A DNA stretch of 64,000 bases from a virus. Positions 23,251 through 33,399 of this stretch are shown here, one piece after another. Every line of letters starts with the position of its first letter. Position 1 is the first letter of the stretch. The notes beneath the pieces were generated by a model that was given only the letters and a program-made list of their open reading frames with translations, was not told the origin of the DNA and made no database searches. Both the position numbers and the translations under genes were made by a program. The stretch lies in the IMG/VR virus record IMGVR_UViG_3300030328_002692, positions 1 through 64,000 of that record; one strand, given 5' to 3'.

Positions 23251-25517
23251 AAGTAGCAATAATTGAATCAAAGATGTCCAGAACTGATTGGGCAGACCGC
23301 TTTGATGGTGCGTTTGAGTTTGACAGGTATGCCCTGTGTTCAGACGCTAGAAAGAAAAAGATTTTAAAAGCAGACGTAGATATAGAGATTAACCTTGATG
23401 ATTACACTTGGGTAGTACTTGTTGGCTCAGAAGCCTTGAAGTATTACACAAGTGTAAATTCTATCACAGAATATAGTGGTAGATGTGTAGATGACAAGTT
23501 TCTTCCTGTAATCAATCCTGCTATGCTTTCGTTTAAACCTGAGGCAAAACCTTTATGGGACGAGAGCAAAAAGAACATACAAGAATTTATTAGTGGAGAC
23601 TTGGTAGTAGCGCAAGTAACAGAAGAACAAGCTTTGGGTATAGATACTGAAGAAGAAGCAAGAGAGTTCTTGCAGGAAGCATTAGACCACCCAAACAAGT
23701 TTATAGCACTCGACTCGGAGACAACAGGACTCTATCCAAGAGATGGATATATGATTGGATTTAGTCTATCTTATAAGAAGGATATGGGAGCTTATATACT
23801 AACTGATGTTATCACGCCAGACATTGAAGAAATAATGCAAAAGATATTTGACACAAAGATAGTAGTGTTTCATAATGCTAAGTTTGACTTGGCTTTCTTT
23901 GAGTATCATTTCAACTTCAAGTTTCCACGCTTTGAAGATACTATGCTTCTTCACTATTGCTTGGAAGAACAGCCAGGTACACACGGGCTAAAACAACTTG
24001 CAATGAAGTACACAGCTTATGGTGATTATGAGAAACCAATGCACGATTGGATTGATGGATATAGAAAGTCACATGGAGTACTTAAAGCAGACTTTCAATG
24101 GGATAGTATTCCATTTAGTGTTATGAAAACATATGCTGCAATGGACGCAGTAGTAACTCTATTGGTATTTGAAAAATTATATCCAGCAGTTAAAAAGAAT
24201 CCTAAGCTATGGTCAGTATATGAAAATATACTTATACCTGGCTGTCGTTTTCTAACAGATTTGCAAGACAATGGAGTGCCTTTTGATAAAGACAGATTAG
24301 AAAAGGGTAGAGATTTAATGCAGGCAGATATTGATGCAGCAGTAAACGAACTATACGAATTTGACTCAGTAGAGAAATTCGAACAAACAATGCAAAAACA
24401 ATTTAATCCAAACAGTACAGTACAGCTAAGACAATTACTGTTTGATTTTGCAGGTTTAAAACCAACAGGCAAAAAGACTGGTACAGGCGCACATTCAACA
24501 GATGCGGAAGTACTAAAACAATTAGCAGAAGAACACGAAATACCAAAGCATATTCTTAGCATAAGACAAAAGTCAAAGATTAAGAATACATATTTGGATA
24601 AGATATTACCACAACTTGATAGAGATGAGAGGTTGCGTACAGGCTTTAATCTGCACGGCACAACATCAGGTCGTTTATCTTCTAGTGGTAAAATGAATAT
24701 GCAACAAATACCTAGAGATAATCCTATTGTAAAGGGCTGTATAAAAGCTAAAGAAGGTAATAAGATTGTTGCAATGGACTTAACAACTGCAGAAGTGTAT
24801 GTTGCTGCTGTACTTGCTGATGATAAAAATCTTATGAATATATTTAGAGAGGGTGGTAACTTCCACTCTAATATTGCAAAATTAGTATTCTCACTCCCAT
24901 GTGAAGCTGATGAAGTTGCAGAATTATATCCAACACAAAGACAGGCAGCTAAGGCTGTCACCTTCGGCATAATGTATGGTGCTGGGGCCGCTAAAATATC
25001 TCAGCAAGTTACAGCAGACTCAGGAAAATACTTTAGTAAACAAGATGCGCAAGAAGTAATTGATGATTACTTTAGACAGTTCCACAAACTAAAAGCATGG
25101 ATTGATAAGAGTAGTAAATTTATTATGGATAATGGATTTATTTATGGCGCTACAGGAAGAAAGAGAAGACTGCCGAATGTTAAGTCTGATAATCAAGGAA
25201 TACAAGGTCATGAAGTTAGGTCTGGATTGAATTTCTTAGTTCAATCAGTAGCTTCTGATATTAACTTACTTGGTGGAATAGATATGCAAGAATACATAAA
25301 AAGGACTGGAATGAAGTCCAAAATATTCGCTCTAGTACATGACTCAATTCTAGCAGAAGTGCCAGAAGATGAGATAGAACATTATTCAGAAAAATTACAA
25401 AGTTTTATTCAGCAAGATAGAGGATTCAGTATACCAGGTGTGCCAGTAGGGTGTGACTTTGATGTACATGATGATTATTCTCTAGGCAAGTTTGAGAAAA
25501 TGTATGAGGGGCTGTAG
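23247..25517 (+). CDS. polA: DNA polymerase family A with 3'-5' exonuclease
   Basis: DSETTG, HNAKFD, TSGRLSS, RQAAKAVTFGIMYG, VHDS; start MKVAII at 23247. Confidence 0.95.
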   Translation: MKVAIIESKMSRTDWADRFDGAFEFDRYALCSDARKKKILKADVDIEINLDDYTWVVLVGSEALKYYTSVNSITEYSGRCVDDKFLPVINPAMLSFKPEAKPLWDESKKNIQEFISGDLVVAQVTEEQALGIDTEEEAREFLQEALDHPNKFIALDSETTGLYPRDGYMIGFSLSYKKDMGAYILTDVITPDIEEIMQKIFDTKIVVFHNAKFDLAFFEYHFNFKFPRFEDTMLLHYCLEEQPGTHGLKQLAMKYTAYGDYEKPMHDWIDGYRKSHGVLKADFQWDSIPFSVMKTYAAMDAVVTLLVFEKLYPAVKKNPKLWSVYENILIPGCRFLTDLQDNGVPFDKDRLEKGRDLMQADIDAAVNELYEFDSVEKFEQTMQKQFNPNSTVQLRQLLFDFAGLKPTGKKTGTGAHSTDAEVLKQLAEEHEIPKHILSIRQKSKIKNTYLDKILPQLDRDERLRTGFNLHGTTSGRLSSSGKMNMQQIPRDNPIVKGCIKAKEGNKIVAMDLTTAEVYVAAVLADDKNLMNIFREGGNFHSNIAKLVFSLPCEADEVAELYPTQRQAAKAVTFGIMYGAGAAKISQQVTADSGKYFSKQDAQEVIDDYFRQFHKLKAWIDKSSKFIMDNGFIYGATGRKRRLPNVKSDNQGIQGHEVRSGLNFLVQSVASDINLLGGIDMQEYIKRTGMKSKIFALVHDSILAEVPEDEIEHYSEKLQSFIQQDRGFSIPGVPVGCDFDVHDDYSLGKFEKMYEGL

Positions 25518-25583
25518 CTCAGTTGGGAGAGCGACTGCCTTGCACGCAGTAGGTCGCAGGTTCGACTCCTGTCAGCTCCACCA
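25508..25583 (+). tRNA. tRNA-Ala(UGC) with encoded CCA
   Basis: 76-nt cloverleaf: GGGGCTG/CAGCTCC acceptor with G3:U70, anticodon TGC, GGTTCGACTCC T arm, ACCA end. Confidence 0.97.
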
Positions 25584-26062
25584 TGATTTACGATAAATTA
25601 AAATTTCCGATATTTACAATCCATACTGATGATGTGATAGAATCAGATGGATTGCTTTGGATTGAAAACAAAGTATTAGACGATACTAATATGAAAGGCG
25701 AGACTTTAGGAATTAGAAGATTGCAGTCCCCAATGAAAAGTATATATCCTTTAAAGTATATGATAAAAGATATATCTTCTTTGCTTAGACATAAAGGAGA
25801 ACATTATATTGACAGTACAGGATATGTATTTACAAAAGAAAAAACAATAACAACACAACTAAAATATCATAAGATATTAAGAACAGATAGAAAAGGAATT
25901 GCTAGTATACTATGGATAAAGGATTGTCCTTTTCCATTTACTTTAGAAAGACCTTTAAAAGATACAGAAACTTGGGCAGGTATATTATACAGGCAAGGAA
26001 TGCCTTGGATATTATATTCTACCTCAAATAAAAAAGAAAAAGACTCTTGGAGAAAGATATAG
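25583..26062 (+). CDS. Conserved T5-like protein downstream of pol
   Basis: FPIF...LDDTNMKGETLGIRRLQ; syntenic position. Confidence 0.8.
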   Translation: MIYDKLKFPIFTIHTDDVIESDGLLWIENKVLDDTNMKGETLGIRRLQSPMKSIYPLKYMIKDISSLLRHKGEHYIDSTGYVFTKEKTITTQLKYHKILRTDRKGIASILWIKDCPFPFTLERPLKDTETWAGILYRQGMPWILYSTSNKKEKDSWRKI

Positions 26063-26063
26063 A

Positions 26064-26573
26064 ATGATACATATAATAGATGATATATTTCCAAAACACC
26101 TATTGGAGCATTTTGGAACTACTATAAACAGAAGTATGGAACCTTTTGTTAGTGGTTATGCTTCAAAAGAAGGAGAAGGATATTTTGAATGGGAAGAACA
26201 ACACCCACATAAAGCTATGTGCAGAACTATTTTAGATAGAGCTTCTCACTATGAAAATATACCTAGTGATGTTGATGGTTATGAGTATTGGACTCATATA
26301 AACACAAGACCAAATGATACACACCAAGACAAAGACGAAGTAGCATATCTCAAACATGGTATAAGTAGATTTCCTTTATTCTCTACAGTATTTTATTTAG
26401 AGATTAAAGACCTGTATGGAGGAGAGCTTGTCTTTGAAGATGGAGTAGAGGTTATACCAAAAGCAAATAGACTAGTAGTATTTAAAAAAGGACTGGAACA
26501 TAGAGTTCGCAGTTTTAGTGGTCACAGAGTATCAATAGCAGTAAACCCTTGGAGTACAAAATTATATAAATGA
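26064..26573 (+). CDS. 2OG-Fe(II) oxygenase
   Basis: HQD, STVFYL, GGELVF, PKANRLVVF, H, R.SIAVN. Confidence 0.8.
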   Translation: MIHIIDDIFPKHLLEHFGTTINRSMEPFVSGYASKEGEGYFEWEEQHPHKAMCRTILDRASHYENIPSDVDGYEYWTHINTRPNDTHQDKDEVAYLKHGISRFPLFSTVFYLEIKDLYGGELVFEDGVEVIPKANRLVVFKKGLEHRVRSFSGHRVSIAVNPWSTKLYK

Positions 26574-27148
26574 AAAGTGTAGCAGACATACCATATTATT
26601 TTTGGGATAAAGCATTGCCAGATGAGGCTTGTGATGAAATAATAAATGCAGGATTAGCCCTTGATAATTTTAAACCAGCAGGAGTAAATTCTGATAATAC
26701 AATTGACTCTGAATTAAGACAGGGAAGTATAGGTTGGTTTCCAAAAGACCATACAGTAGATAAACTATGTCAAAGTTATGTAGGACTTGCTAATGTTGAG
26801 ACAAAATGGAATTTTATAATATCACAATGTGAAAAGGTACAGTTTTCTATATATGGATTACAGTCAAGATATGGGTGGCATAGAGATACTAATGTCACAT
26901 TACCAGAAGGAAGTCCTATAAGAAAACTATCAGTTTCGGTTCAATTAAGCCACCCAGAAGATTATGAAGGTGGTGATTTTCAAATAAAAAACTTTTTTGG
27001 AACTGAAATAACTGAAAATGCAAATGAATTAAGAAATAGAGGCACTATAATAGTATTTCCATCATTTTTGGAACACCAAGTAGTACCTGTAACAAAAGGC
27101 ACTAGGTATTCATTAGTGCAATGGTATAGCGGGCCTGATTGGAGATGA
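26570..27148 (+). CDS. 2OG-Fe(II) oxygenase, PKHD/prolyl-hydroxylase type
   Basis: WHRD, RKLSVSVQLS, YEGG, FPSFLEHQVVPVTKGTRYSLV. Confidence 0.9.
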   Translation: MKSVADIPYYFWDKALPDEACDEIINAGLALDNFKPAGVNSDNTIDSELRQGSIGWFPKDHTVDKLCQSYVGLANVETKWNFIISQCEKVQFSIYGLQSRYGWHRDTNVTLPEGSPIRKLSVSVQLSHPEDYEGGDFQIKNFFGTEITENANELRNRGTIIVFPSFLEHQVVPVTKGTRYSLVQWYSGPDWR

Positions 27149-27633
27149 GAAGTCCTTATGATTATTACCCAACACCAGAGTGGTGTTATGAAAACTTACC
27201 TATAGATTGGAGTCAATTTAAGACTGCAATGGAACCTTGTGAAGGAGATGGTAGAATAACAAAGTTTTTACAAAGTAAAGGAATGGAAGTAACTACCTGT
27301 GAAATACAACATGGTAAAGACTTTTTAGAGTATGGGCATGATTTTACAGAAGATCATGGCTTTGACTTAATTTTTACAAACCCACCCTTTAGTATAGCAG
27401 AAGAATTTATTGAGCATAGTATGATGCTTTCTACAACAGTAGTAATGTTATTAAGAATAAATTTTTTAGGGAGTCAAAAAAGATATGACTTTTGGAATCA
27501 GTTTCCGCCCGATGGATTGTTTATTCTTAGTAAAAGACCTTCATTTACAGGTAAGGGCACAGACGCAACAGACTATGCATGGTTTGTATGGAGTGATATA
27601 AAAGAGTTGCAAGGACTCCATTGGATAAAATGA
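27145..27633 (+). CDS. Small N6-adenine/N4-cytosine DNA methyltransferase
   Basis: DYYPTP, EPCEGDG (motif I), TNPPF (motif IV), YAWFVW. Confidence 0.85.
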   Translation: MRSPYDYYPTPEWCYENLPIDWSQFKTAMEPCEGDGRITKFLQSKGMEVTTCEIQHGKDFLEYGHDFTEDHGFDLIFTNPPFSIAEEFIEHSMMLSTTVVMLLRINFLGSQKRYDFWNQFPPDGLFILSKRPSFTGKGTDATDYAWFVWSDIKELQGLHWIK

Positions 27634-28910
27634 AAGCAGTACTCAGCGACAGAATATATCTAGAAGTTCTTCCACATACACAGAAGAAAATTGATGATGA
27701 ATTAACTTATTCAATCCCTTCATTTAGATTTAATGACCCGCCTCTTATAATTAAAAATATGGCGTTAATTAAACAAGGACTAGTAGCTATACCTATTGGT
27801 AGGCAGGATTTAATACCCAACGACTACGAAATAGTAGATAAACGAACGGAGAAACCAGTAGAGTTTCCTGAATTTGCATTTGAATTAAGAGAAAGCCAAC
27901 AGTCAGTTTATAACGAAGTAGACGACAGCGCAATAATTAACGCTTGGGTCAGTTGGGGAAAGACATTTACAGCTTTAGCAATAGCAGGCAAGTTAGGTCA
28001 AAAGACACTTGTAGTTACACATACCGTCCCTTTGCGGAAACAGTGGGAAAATGAAGTAAAGAAAGTCTTTGGTTTTGAACCCGGAATAATTGGTAGTGGA
28101 AATTTCAAAATTTCGCCTCCCATTGTAATAGGGAATATACAATCATTATACAAAAAAATTAAAGAGTTGAGACAAGAATTTGGGACAATCATCTTAGATG
28201 AAATGCATCACGTTTCCTCTCCTACATTCTCACGAATTATTGATAAGTCCTGCGCTAGATATAAGATAGGACTTACAGGCACTTTACAGAGAAAAGATGG
28301 TAAACATGTTGTCTTTAGAGATTATTTTGGAGACAATGTCTTTAAACCACCAAAGGAAAACTTTATGGTGCCAAAAATTGATATCCTACAACTACCGATA
28401 AGGTTTATTGACGGAACATCAATCCCATGGGCTAATCGAATAAATGAATTAGCCTATAACCCAGAATACCAACATTCTGTGGCAATGGCTGCTGCATCAT
28501 ATGCTGCCAAAGGTCATAAAGTGTTAGTGGTATCTGATAGAGTAGATTTCCTAAAAAACTGTGCCAAACTCACTGGTGATAATGCAGTTTATGTAACAGG
28601 AGATATACCACACGAAGAAAGACCAGATATACTTCAACAGATTTATGAAGATAAAGACATACTGTATGGGACACAGTCAATATTCTCAGAAGGTATTTCT
28701 TTAAACATTCTAAGCTGTTTGATACTGGCCACACCAGTGAACAACGAGCCTCTACTTACTCAGCTAATTGGTAGGGTAATTAGGGATTATGAAGGAAAAC
28801 AACAACCCGCAATAGTAGATATTAATTTAATCGGAAAAACTGCAAAGAGACAGGCTAGTCAACGACTAGGGTACTATATCAAACAAGGATATGAGATATC
28901 AACCCTGTAA
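27630..28910 (+). CDS. D10: SF2 helicase (T5 D10/UvsW-like)
   Basis: WGKT, DEMHH, LTGT, QLIGRVIR. Confidence 0.9.
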   Translation: MKAVLSDRIYLEVLPHTQKKIDDELTYSIPSFRFNDPPLIIKNMALIKQGLVAIPIGRQDLIPNDYEIVDKRTEKPVEFPEFAFELRESQQSVYNEVDDSAIINAWVSWGKTFTALAIAGKLGQKTLVVTHTVPLRKQWENEVKKVFGFEPGIIGSGNFKISPPIVIGNIQSLYKKIKELRQEFGTIILDEMHHVSSPTFSRIIDKSCARYKIGLTGTLQRKDGKHVVFRDYFGDNVFKPPKENFMVPKIDILQLPIRFIDGTSIPWANRINELAYNPEYQHSVAMAAASYAAKGHKVLVVSDRVDFLKNCAKLTGDNAVYVTGDIPHEERPDILQQIYEDKDILYGTQSIFSEGISLNILSCLILATPVNNEPLLTQLIGRVIRDYEGKQQPAIVDINLIGKTAKRQASQRLGYYIKQGYEISTL

Positions 28911-28930
28911 GCACCTCCGAAAAATATTAC

Positions 28931-28959
28931 TTGACACGAGTTTCAAAATTTGTTATAAT
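28931..28959 (+). promoter_or_regulatory. Consensus sigma70 promoter
   Basis: TTGACA-17-TATAAT. Confidence 0.85.
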
Positions 28960-28961
28960 AT

Positions 28962-29360
28962 ATGATAAAATATAATTGGGAAAAGATATTTAGAGAAGCG
29001 AAAGGCGATAGTGTTTCAATTCTCACTATTATTCATCTCTTAACTTATAAGAGAATCCCAGCCAGCCGAAAGGATAAGACATACAAGTACTTCGGGAAAA
29101 GTTTTCTCGGGGATAGCTTTCTGTGTAATCCACGACAACTGCTGGTAGAAAGAAGAAATTATAGTAATAAAGAGGCTGCCGAATATATTGCAGTCGCTTC
29201 ATACCGTAACTACTTCGAATTTATGCAATCAGGTAAGACAACACTAGAGTTGTTACACTTGCCTGTTGACACAACGATAGTAAATCGCAACAGATTGCTT
29301 CAGATTAAAGATGGTCTAGTACACTTTAAGTTTGAAGATAACGCTAATTGGAGAAAATAA
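28962..29360 (+). CDS. Conserved T5-like protein between D10 and D11
   Basis: GDSFLCNP, AEYIAVASYRNY, NRLL. Confidence 0.75.
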   Translation: MIKYNWEKIFREAKGDSVSILTIIHLLTYKRIPASRKDKTYKYFGKSFLGDSFLCNPRQLLVERRNYSNKEAAEYIAVASYRNYFEFMQSGKTTLELLHLPVDTTIVNRNRLLQIKDGLVHFKFEDNANWRK

Positions 29361-29995
29361 TGGCAATAAAATTTAATCAAGCGCAAGGTAGCGCAAAAAA
29401 AGAAAAGATAGACCAGTATACTTACAAAGAAGGAGATAACAAGTTCCGTCTAGTAGGAGATATACTGCCTAGATATGTTTACTGGATTAAAGGCGAAAAC
29501 AATAAAAATATTCCTATGGAATGTTTAGCTTTCGATAGAGATACAGAAACTTTCAATAATAAGGACAAGGATTACGTAAGAGAGTTCTTTCCTGATTTAA
29601 AATGTGGTTGGGCATACGCTATTCAGTGTATAGACCCTTCTGATGGCAATGTAAAAGTTGTTAATCTTAAGAAAAAACTCATGGAACAGATAATGGTAGC
29701 CGCTGAAGATTTAGGCGACCCGACTGACCCTGAAACAGGGTGGGACGTTCACTTCCAGAGAGTTAAAACTGGGCCTATGGCTTTCAATGTAGAGTACAGA
29801 TTACAAGCTCTTAAATGTAAGAATAGACCTTTAACCGAAGAAGAACAAGCATCAGTAGCAGACCTAAGGTCTATGGACGATGTTCTTCCTAGACCAACAG
29901 CAGATGCTCAGTTAGAGCTACTGCAAAGAGTAACTCAACCATCTGATGGAGCAGAAGCACCTTCCGATGTCGATAGTGAGTTCAGTATTAGTTAG
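29360..29995 (+). CDS. D11: T5 D11-like ssDNA-binding protein
   Basis: RLVGDILPRYVYW, DPTDPETGWDV, acidic C-terminal tail. Confidence 0.85.
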   Translation: MAIKFNQAQGSAKKEKIDQYTYKEGDNKFRLVGDILPRYVYWIKGENNKNIPMECLAFDRDTETFNNKDKDYVREFFPDLKCGWAYAIQCIDPSDGNVKVVNLKKKLMEQIMVAAEDLGDPTDPETGWDVHFQRVKTGPMAFNVEYRLQALKCKNRPLTEEEQASVADLRSMDDVLPRPTADAQLELLQRVTQPSDGAEAPSDVDSEFSIS

Positions 29996-30005
29996 GAGAG
30001 ATAAT

Positions 30006-30512
30006 ATGATAGGAGTAGGTGACTTATTCCCAAACTTCCACTTAACAGGAGTAGAAAAAGATAATTCTATAATAGATATAGATATCTTAACTCCTAATAT
30101 GTGGAGTGTAGTATATTTTTATCCTAAAGACTTTACTTTCATTTGCCCGACTGAAATATCCGCTATGGATAAATTAACAAATAATGCAGATGTTATTGGA
30201 GTCAGCGGAGATAATGAGTATTGTAAGATTGCATGGAAAACATCAGTAGGCATGATAAGAGATATTAAACATATCTTAGCCGCTGATTGTGGGTTAAAAC
30301 TCGCTAGTAAACTAGGAATTGTAGACCCAGACGAGGGTGTATGTCTTAGAGCAACTTACATAGTCGATCCCGAAGGAGTAATCCAACATGTATCAGTTAA
30401 TGCGCTAGATACAGGCAGAAATGCTGATGAGATTCTTAGAACTTTACAAGCACTTAAAGCTGGTGGTCTCACCGCGTGTGCTTGGCAGGAAGGAGATGAC
30501 TTCGTAGCATGA
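30006..30512 (+). CDS. ahpC: Peroxiredoxin (AhpC/TSA)
   Basis: FYPKDFTFICPTEI, GRNADEILR; AGGAG SD. Confidence 0.92.
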   Translation: MIGVGDLFPNFHLTGVEKDNSIIDIDILTPNMWSVVYFYPKDFTFICPTEISAMDKLTNNADVIGVSGDNEYCKIAWKTSVGMIRDIKHILAADCGLKLASKLGIVDPDEGVCLRATYIVDPEGVIQHVSVNALDTGRNADEILRTLQALKAGGLTACAWQEGDDFVA

Positions 30513-31462
30513 TTTTATTTACAGCAGATTGGCACTTAAAGTTAGGTCAAAAGAATGTACCAATGGCATGGGCGTGTACTCGTTATAAATACTTTTTTGA
30601 AACATTACATGAAATAGAAGAAAGCATAGATATGCACATTATTGGAGGGGATTTATTTGATAGAGTTCCTTCAATGGACGAACTCACACTTTATTTTGAT
30701 TTTATCAAAGAAGTAGAAGTTCCTACTATTATCTATGATGGAAACCATGAAGCTACTAAAAAGTACAAAACTTTCTTTTCTAATTTAAAGAGAGCCACAT
30801 CTGATGTAAACGACTTAGTCGAAATTGTAGATACAACTACTGAGTATCCTTGGGGTACTATCCTTCCTTATGCAGATTTGCATAGAAAAGGTGGAATAGA
30901 ATTCTGCAATAAAAACAAACCTCTATTTACTCATGTGAGGGGAGAAATCCCACCTCATGTTACACCAGAGGTAGACCTAGATAGATTTAATGACTTTCCT
31001 GTAGTTTTTGCGGGTGACCTACATAGCCACTCCAACACGCAGAGAAATATAATCTATCCAGGAAGTCCTATGACTACTTCTTTTCATAGAGAGTTAGTCA
31101 AAACAGGATACCTTATGATTGATGAAGATAATGATTTCAGTTGGGAATGGCATGAATTTGATTTGCCACAGCTTCTTAGAAAGACTGTGGACAATCCAGA
31201 TGAAATGATACCAACAGAATATCATCACACAATATATGAGATAGAAGGGGACGTAGCTGATTTAGCAAATGTTAAAAACTCTGAACTTCTTGACAAAAAA
31301 GTTGTTAAAAGAAGTTCAGAAGCTACACTTAATCTCAAAGATTTATCAATGGAAGAAGAACTGGTAGAGTACTTAAGTGCTATACTGAATTTAAATGATG
31401 AAAAAATAAAACAAATAATGGGAGTGTTTAATGATTACTCTAAAAACGCTACGTTGGGATAA
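30509..31462 (+). CDS. D12: SbcD/Mre11-like nuclease
   Basis: ADWH, GGDLFD, GNHE, GDLH. Confidence 0.92.
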   Translation: MILFTADWHLKLGQKNVPMAWACTRYKYFFETLHEIEESIDMHIIGGDLFDRVPSMDELTLYFDFIKEVEVPTIIYDGNHEATKKYKTFFSNLKRATSDVNDLVEIVDTTTEYPWGTILPYADLHRKGGIEFCNKNKPLFTHVRGEIPPHVTPEVDLDRFNDFPVVFAGDLHSHSNTQRNIIYPGSPMTTSFHRELVKTGYLMIDEDNDFSWEWHEFDLPQLLRKTVDNPDEMIPTEYHHTIYEIEGDVADLANVKNSELLDKKVVKRSSEATLNLKDLSMEEELVEYLSAILNLNDEKIKQIMGVFNDYSKNATLG

Positions 31463-33221
31463 TTGTTTTAGTTATGGGTCAGATAATGTTCTTGAATTAA
31501 ATGACACAAACCTTACTCAACTTGTAGGAACAAACGGACAAGGAAAGTCTAGTATTCCTTTAATACTTGAAGAAGTATTATTTAATAAAAATAGTAAGGG
31601 AATTAAAAAGCAAGAAATACAAAACAGATTCATTAACAAAGGATATTCAATTAATCTCACATTCTCAGTAGACGAGAATGAGTACGAAATTGATGTAAGT
31701 AGAAAAGCTAGTATAAAGTGTAAACTCTATGAAAATGGAGAGGATATTTCTAGTCATACTGCAACCAACACATATAAGACAGTCCAAGAACTACTTGGTC
31801 TTGATTTTAAGACTTTCACACAACTTGTATATCAAAATACGAACACATCATTACAGTTTCTAACTGCGACAGATACAAACAGAAAAAAGTTTCTAATTGA
31901 TTTGTTAAAGCTAGAAGAATATGTTGAGTTCTTTGAAATATTCAAGGACGCAGCAAGAGAGATTTCTTTTGAAGTGAACAGTCTAAACAGTAAATCTGAC
32001 ACAATTGTGAAATGGTTAAATGAAAATAAATTGGAGAGTATAGAACTACTCCCGATAAAAAACTTACCAAAATATTCACAAAAAGACGAAGATGATTTAC
32101 AGCAGTTACGAAGCGATTTTGAAAAAATCTCCGAAAATAATAAAAAAATTATAGACAATAATTCAAACCGTGAGCAGTTGCAACAGGTTGAAAAAAGTAA
32201 ATTTCTTTCTTATAAAGGCGATAAGATTCGTGTTGACGCTATGTCGCAGAAACTTGGAAAGTATTCTTCCCAATTGTCTGAATCCATAGCACACTTAGAT
32301 AAATTATCGGAACTCGAAGGGCTATGCCCAACTTGTGAGCAACAAATAGATTCCGAAAATCGCGAACGACTTATAAAAGGTTATGAAAGACTACAACAGT
32401 CGGCGCAGAAAGAAATAGCAAATGTCCGCGTGGAGATTGAAGACGCTCAAGAGCACAATGCGAATATAGTGCGTAGGGAAGTGCAACAACGCGAGTTTGA
32501 AGAACTTATGAAAATTGTGGACAACAGTCTACCTTCTCAAATTTTAGACGGTGACTTACTTTCTTCCCAAATTGACGAACTTACTTCCAAGATTGCGAAT
32601 ATTCGTTCTGAAATAGAAAATGTGAGTGCAGAAAATCAAATGGCGGAACGCCATAATACTCGTATCTCTATTATACAGGAACAAACAAGTGATATGGAAT
32701 CGCAACTGGAAGAGATTGTCGCAGCTTTGGGTAAGGTTGAAGAAAAGTCTGCACACTTAGAAATACTGAAAAAAGCATTTAGTACAAACGGACTACTTGC
32801 ATATAAAATCGAAAATCTAGTAAAAGATTTAGAACAATTAACAAATGAATACCTATCTGAACTATCAGATGGAAGATTTAGTTTAGAGTTTGTTGTAACG
32901 AACGACAAGTTAAATGTAGAGATTACAGATAATGCGAAAGTAGTAGATATTCTAGCATTATCCTCAGGAGAACTCGCAAGAGTTAATACAGCAACGCTAC
33001 TAGCGATACGAAAATTAATGAGTAGTATTTCTAGTTCAAGGATTAATACCTTGTTTCTTGATGAAATAATCAGTGTGCTTGATGATGAAGGAAAGGAAAA
33101 GTTAGTAGAAATATTACTAGAAGAAGAATTAAATACTTATCTAGTGTCTCATGGCTGGACTCACCCATTACTTGCAAAAATTGAAGTTATTAAGGAAGAA
33201 AATATTAGTCATTTAGAATGA
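31431..33221 (+). CDS. D13: SbcC/Rad50-like ATPase
   Basis: GTNGQGKS, CPTC zinc hook, LSSGE, FLDE. Confidence 0.92.
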   Translation: MITLKTLRWDNCFSYGSDNVLELNDTNLTQLVGTNGQGKSSIPLILEEVLFNKNSKGIKKQEIQNRFINKGYSINLTFSVDENEYEIDVSRKASIKCKLYENGEDISSHTATNTYKTVQELLGLDFKTFTQLVYQNTNTSLQFLTATDTNRKKFLIDLLKLEEYVEFFEIFKDAAREISFEVNSLNSKSDTIVKWLNENKLESIELLPIKNLPKYSQKDEDDLQQLRSDFEKISENNKKIIDNNSNREQLQQVEKSKFLSYKGDKIRVDAMSQKLGKYSSQLSESIAHLDKLSELEGLCPTCEQQIDSENRERLIKGYERLQQSAQKEIANVRVEIEDAQEHNANIVRREVQQREFEELMKIVDNSLPSQILDGDLLSSQIDELTSKIANIRSEIENVSAENQMAERHNTRISIIQEQTSDMESQLEEIVAALGKVEEKSAHLEILKKAFSTNGLLAYKIENLVKDLEQLTNEYLSELSDGRFSLEFVVTNDKLNVEITDNAKVVDILALSSGELARVNTATLLAIRKLMSSISSSRINTLFLDEIISVLDDEGKEKLVEILLEEELNTYLVSHGWTHPLLAKIEVIKEENISHLE

Positions 33222-33222
33222 T

Positions 33223-33399
33223 ATGGCAAAAAAAGAAGGAGATACCTTTTGGTATCACGAGTGTCCTCATACGGACAAAAAGGTGTATCTGCCTGTAGAT
33301 ATGAAATGTCCCGACTGTGTGTTGGCAGACATGAATCCTACTGAAAGGGCTTCGGTACAAATGAAACGATATTTAAACGAAATAGAAGGAACTGATTAG
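33223..33399 (+). CDS. 58-aa zinc-ribbon-like protein
   Basis: Manually translated ...WYHECPH...MKCPDC...; fills the gap exactly. Confidence 0.6.
   Translation: MAKKEGDTFWYHECPHTDKKVYLPVDMKCPDCVLADMNPTERASVQMKRYLNEIEGTD

Noticed and set aside
24095-24970. 291-aa minus-strand ORF and similar antisense ORFs in D5, D6, primase, D13 and the fibre genes
   Set aside because: Shadow frames of well-supported genes, caused by codon bias
25508-25583. tRNA as a prophage attachment site
   Set aside because: No integrase, no duplicated tRNA 3' end, and phage synteny continues on both sides
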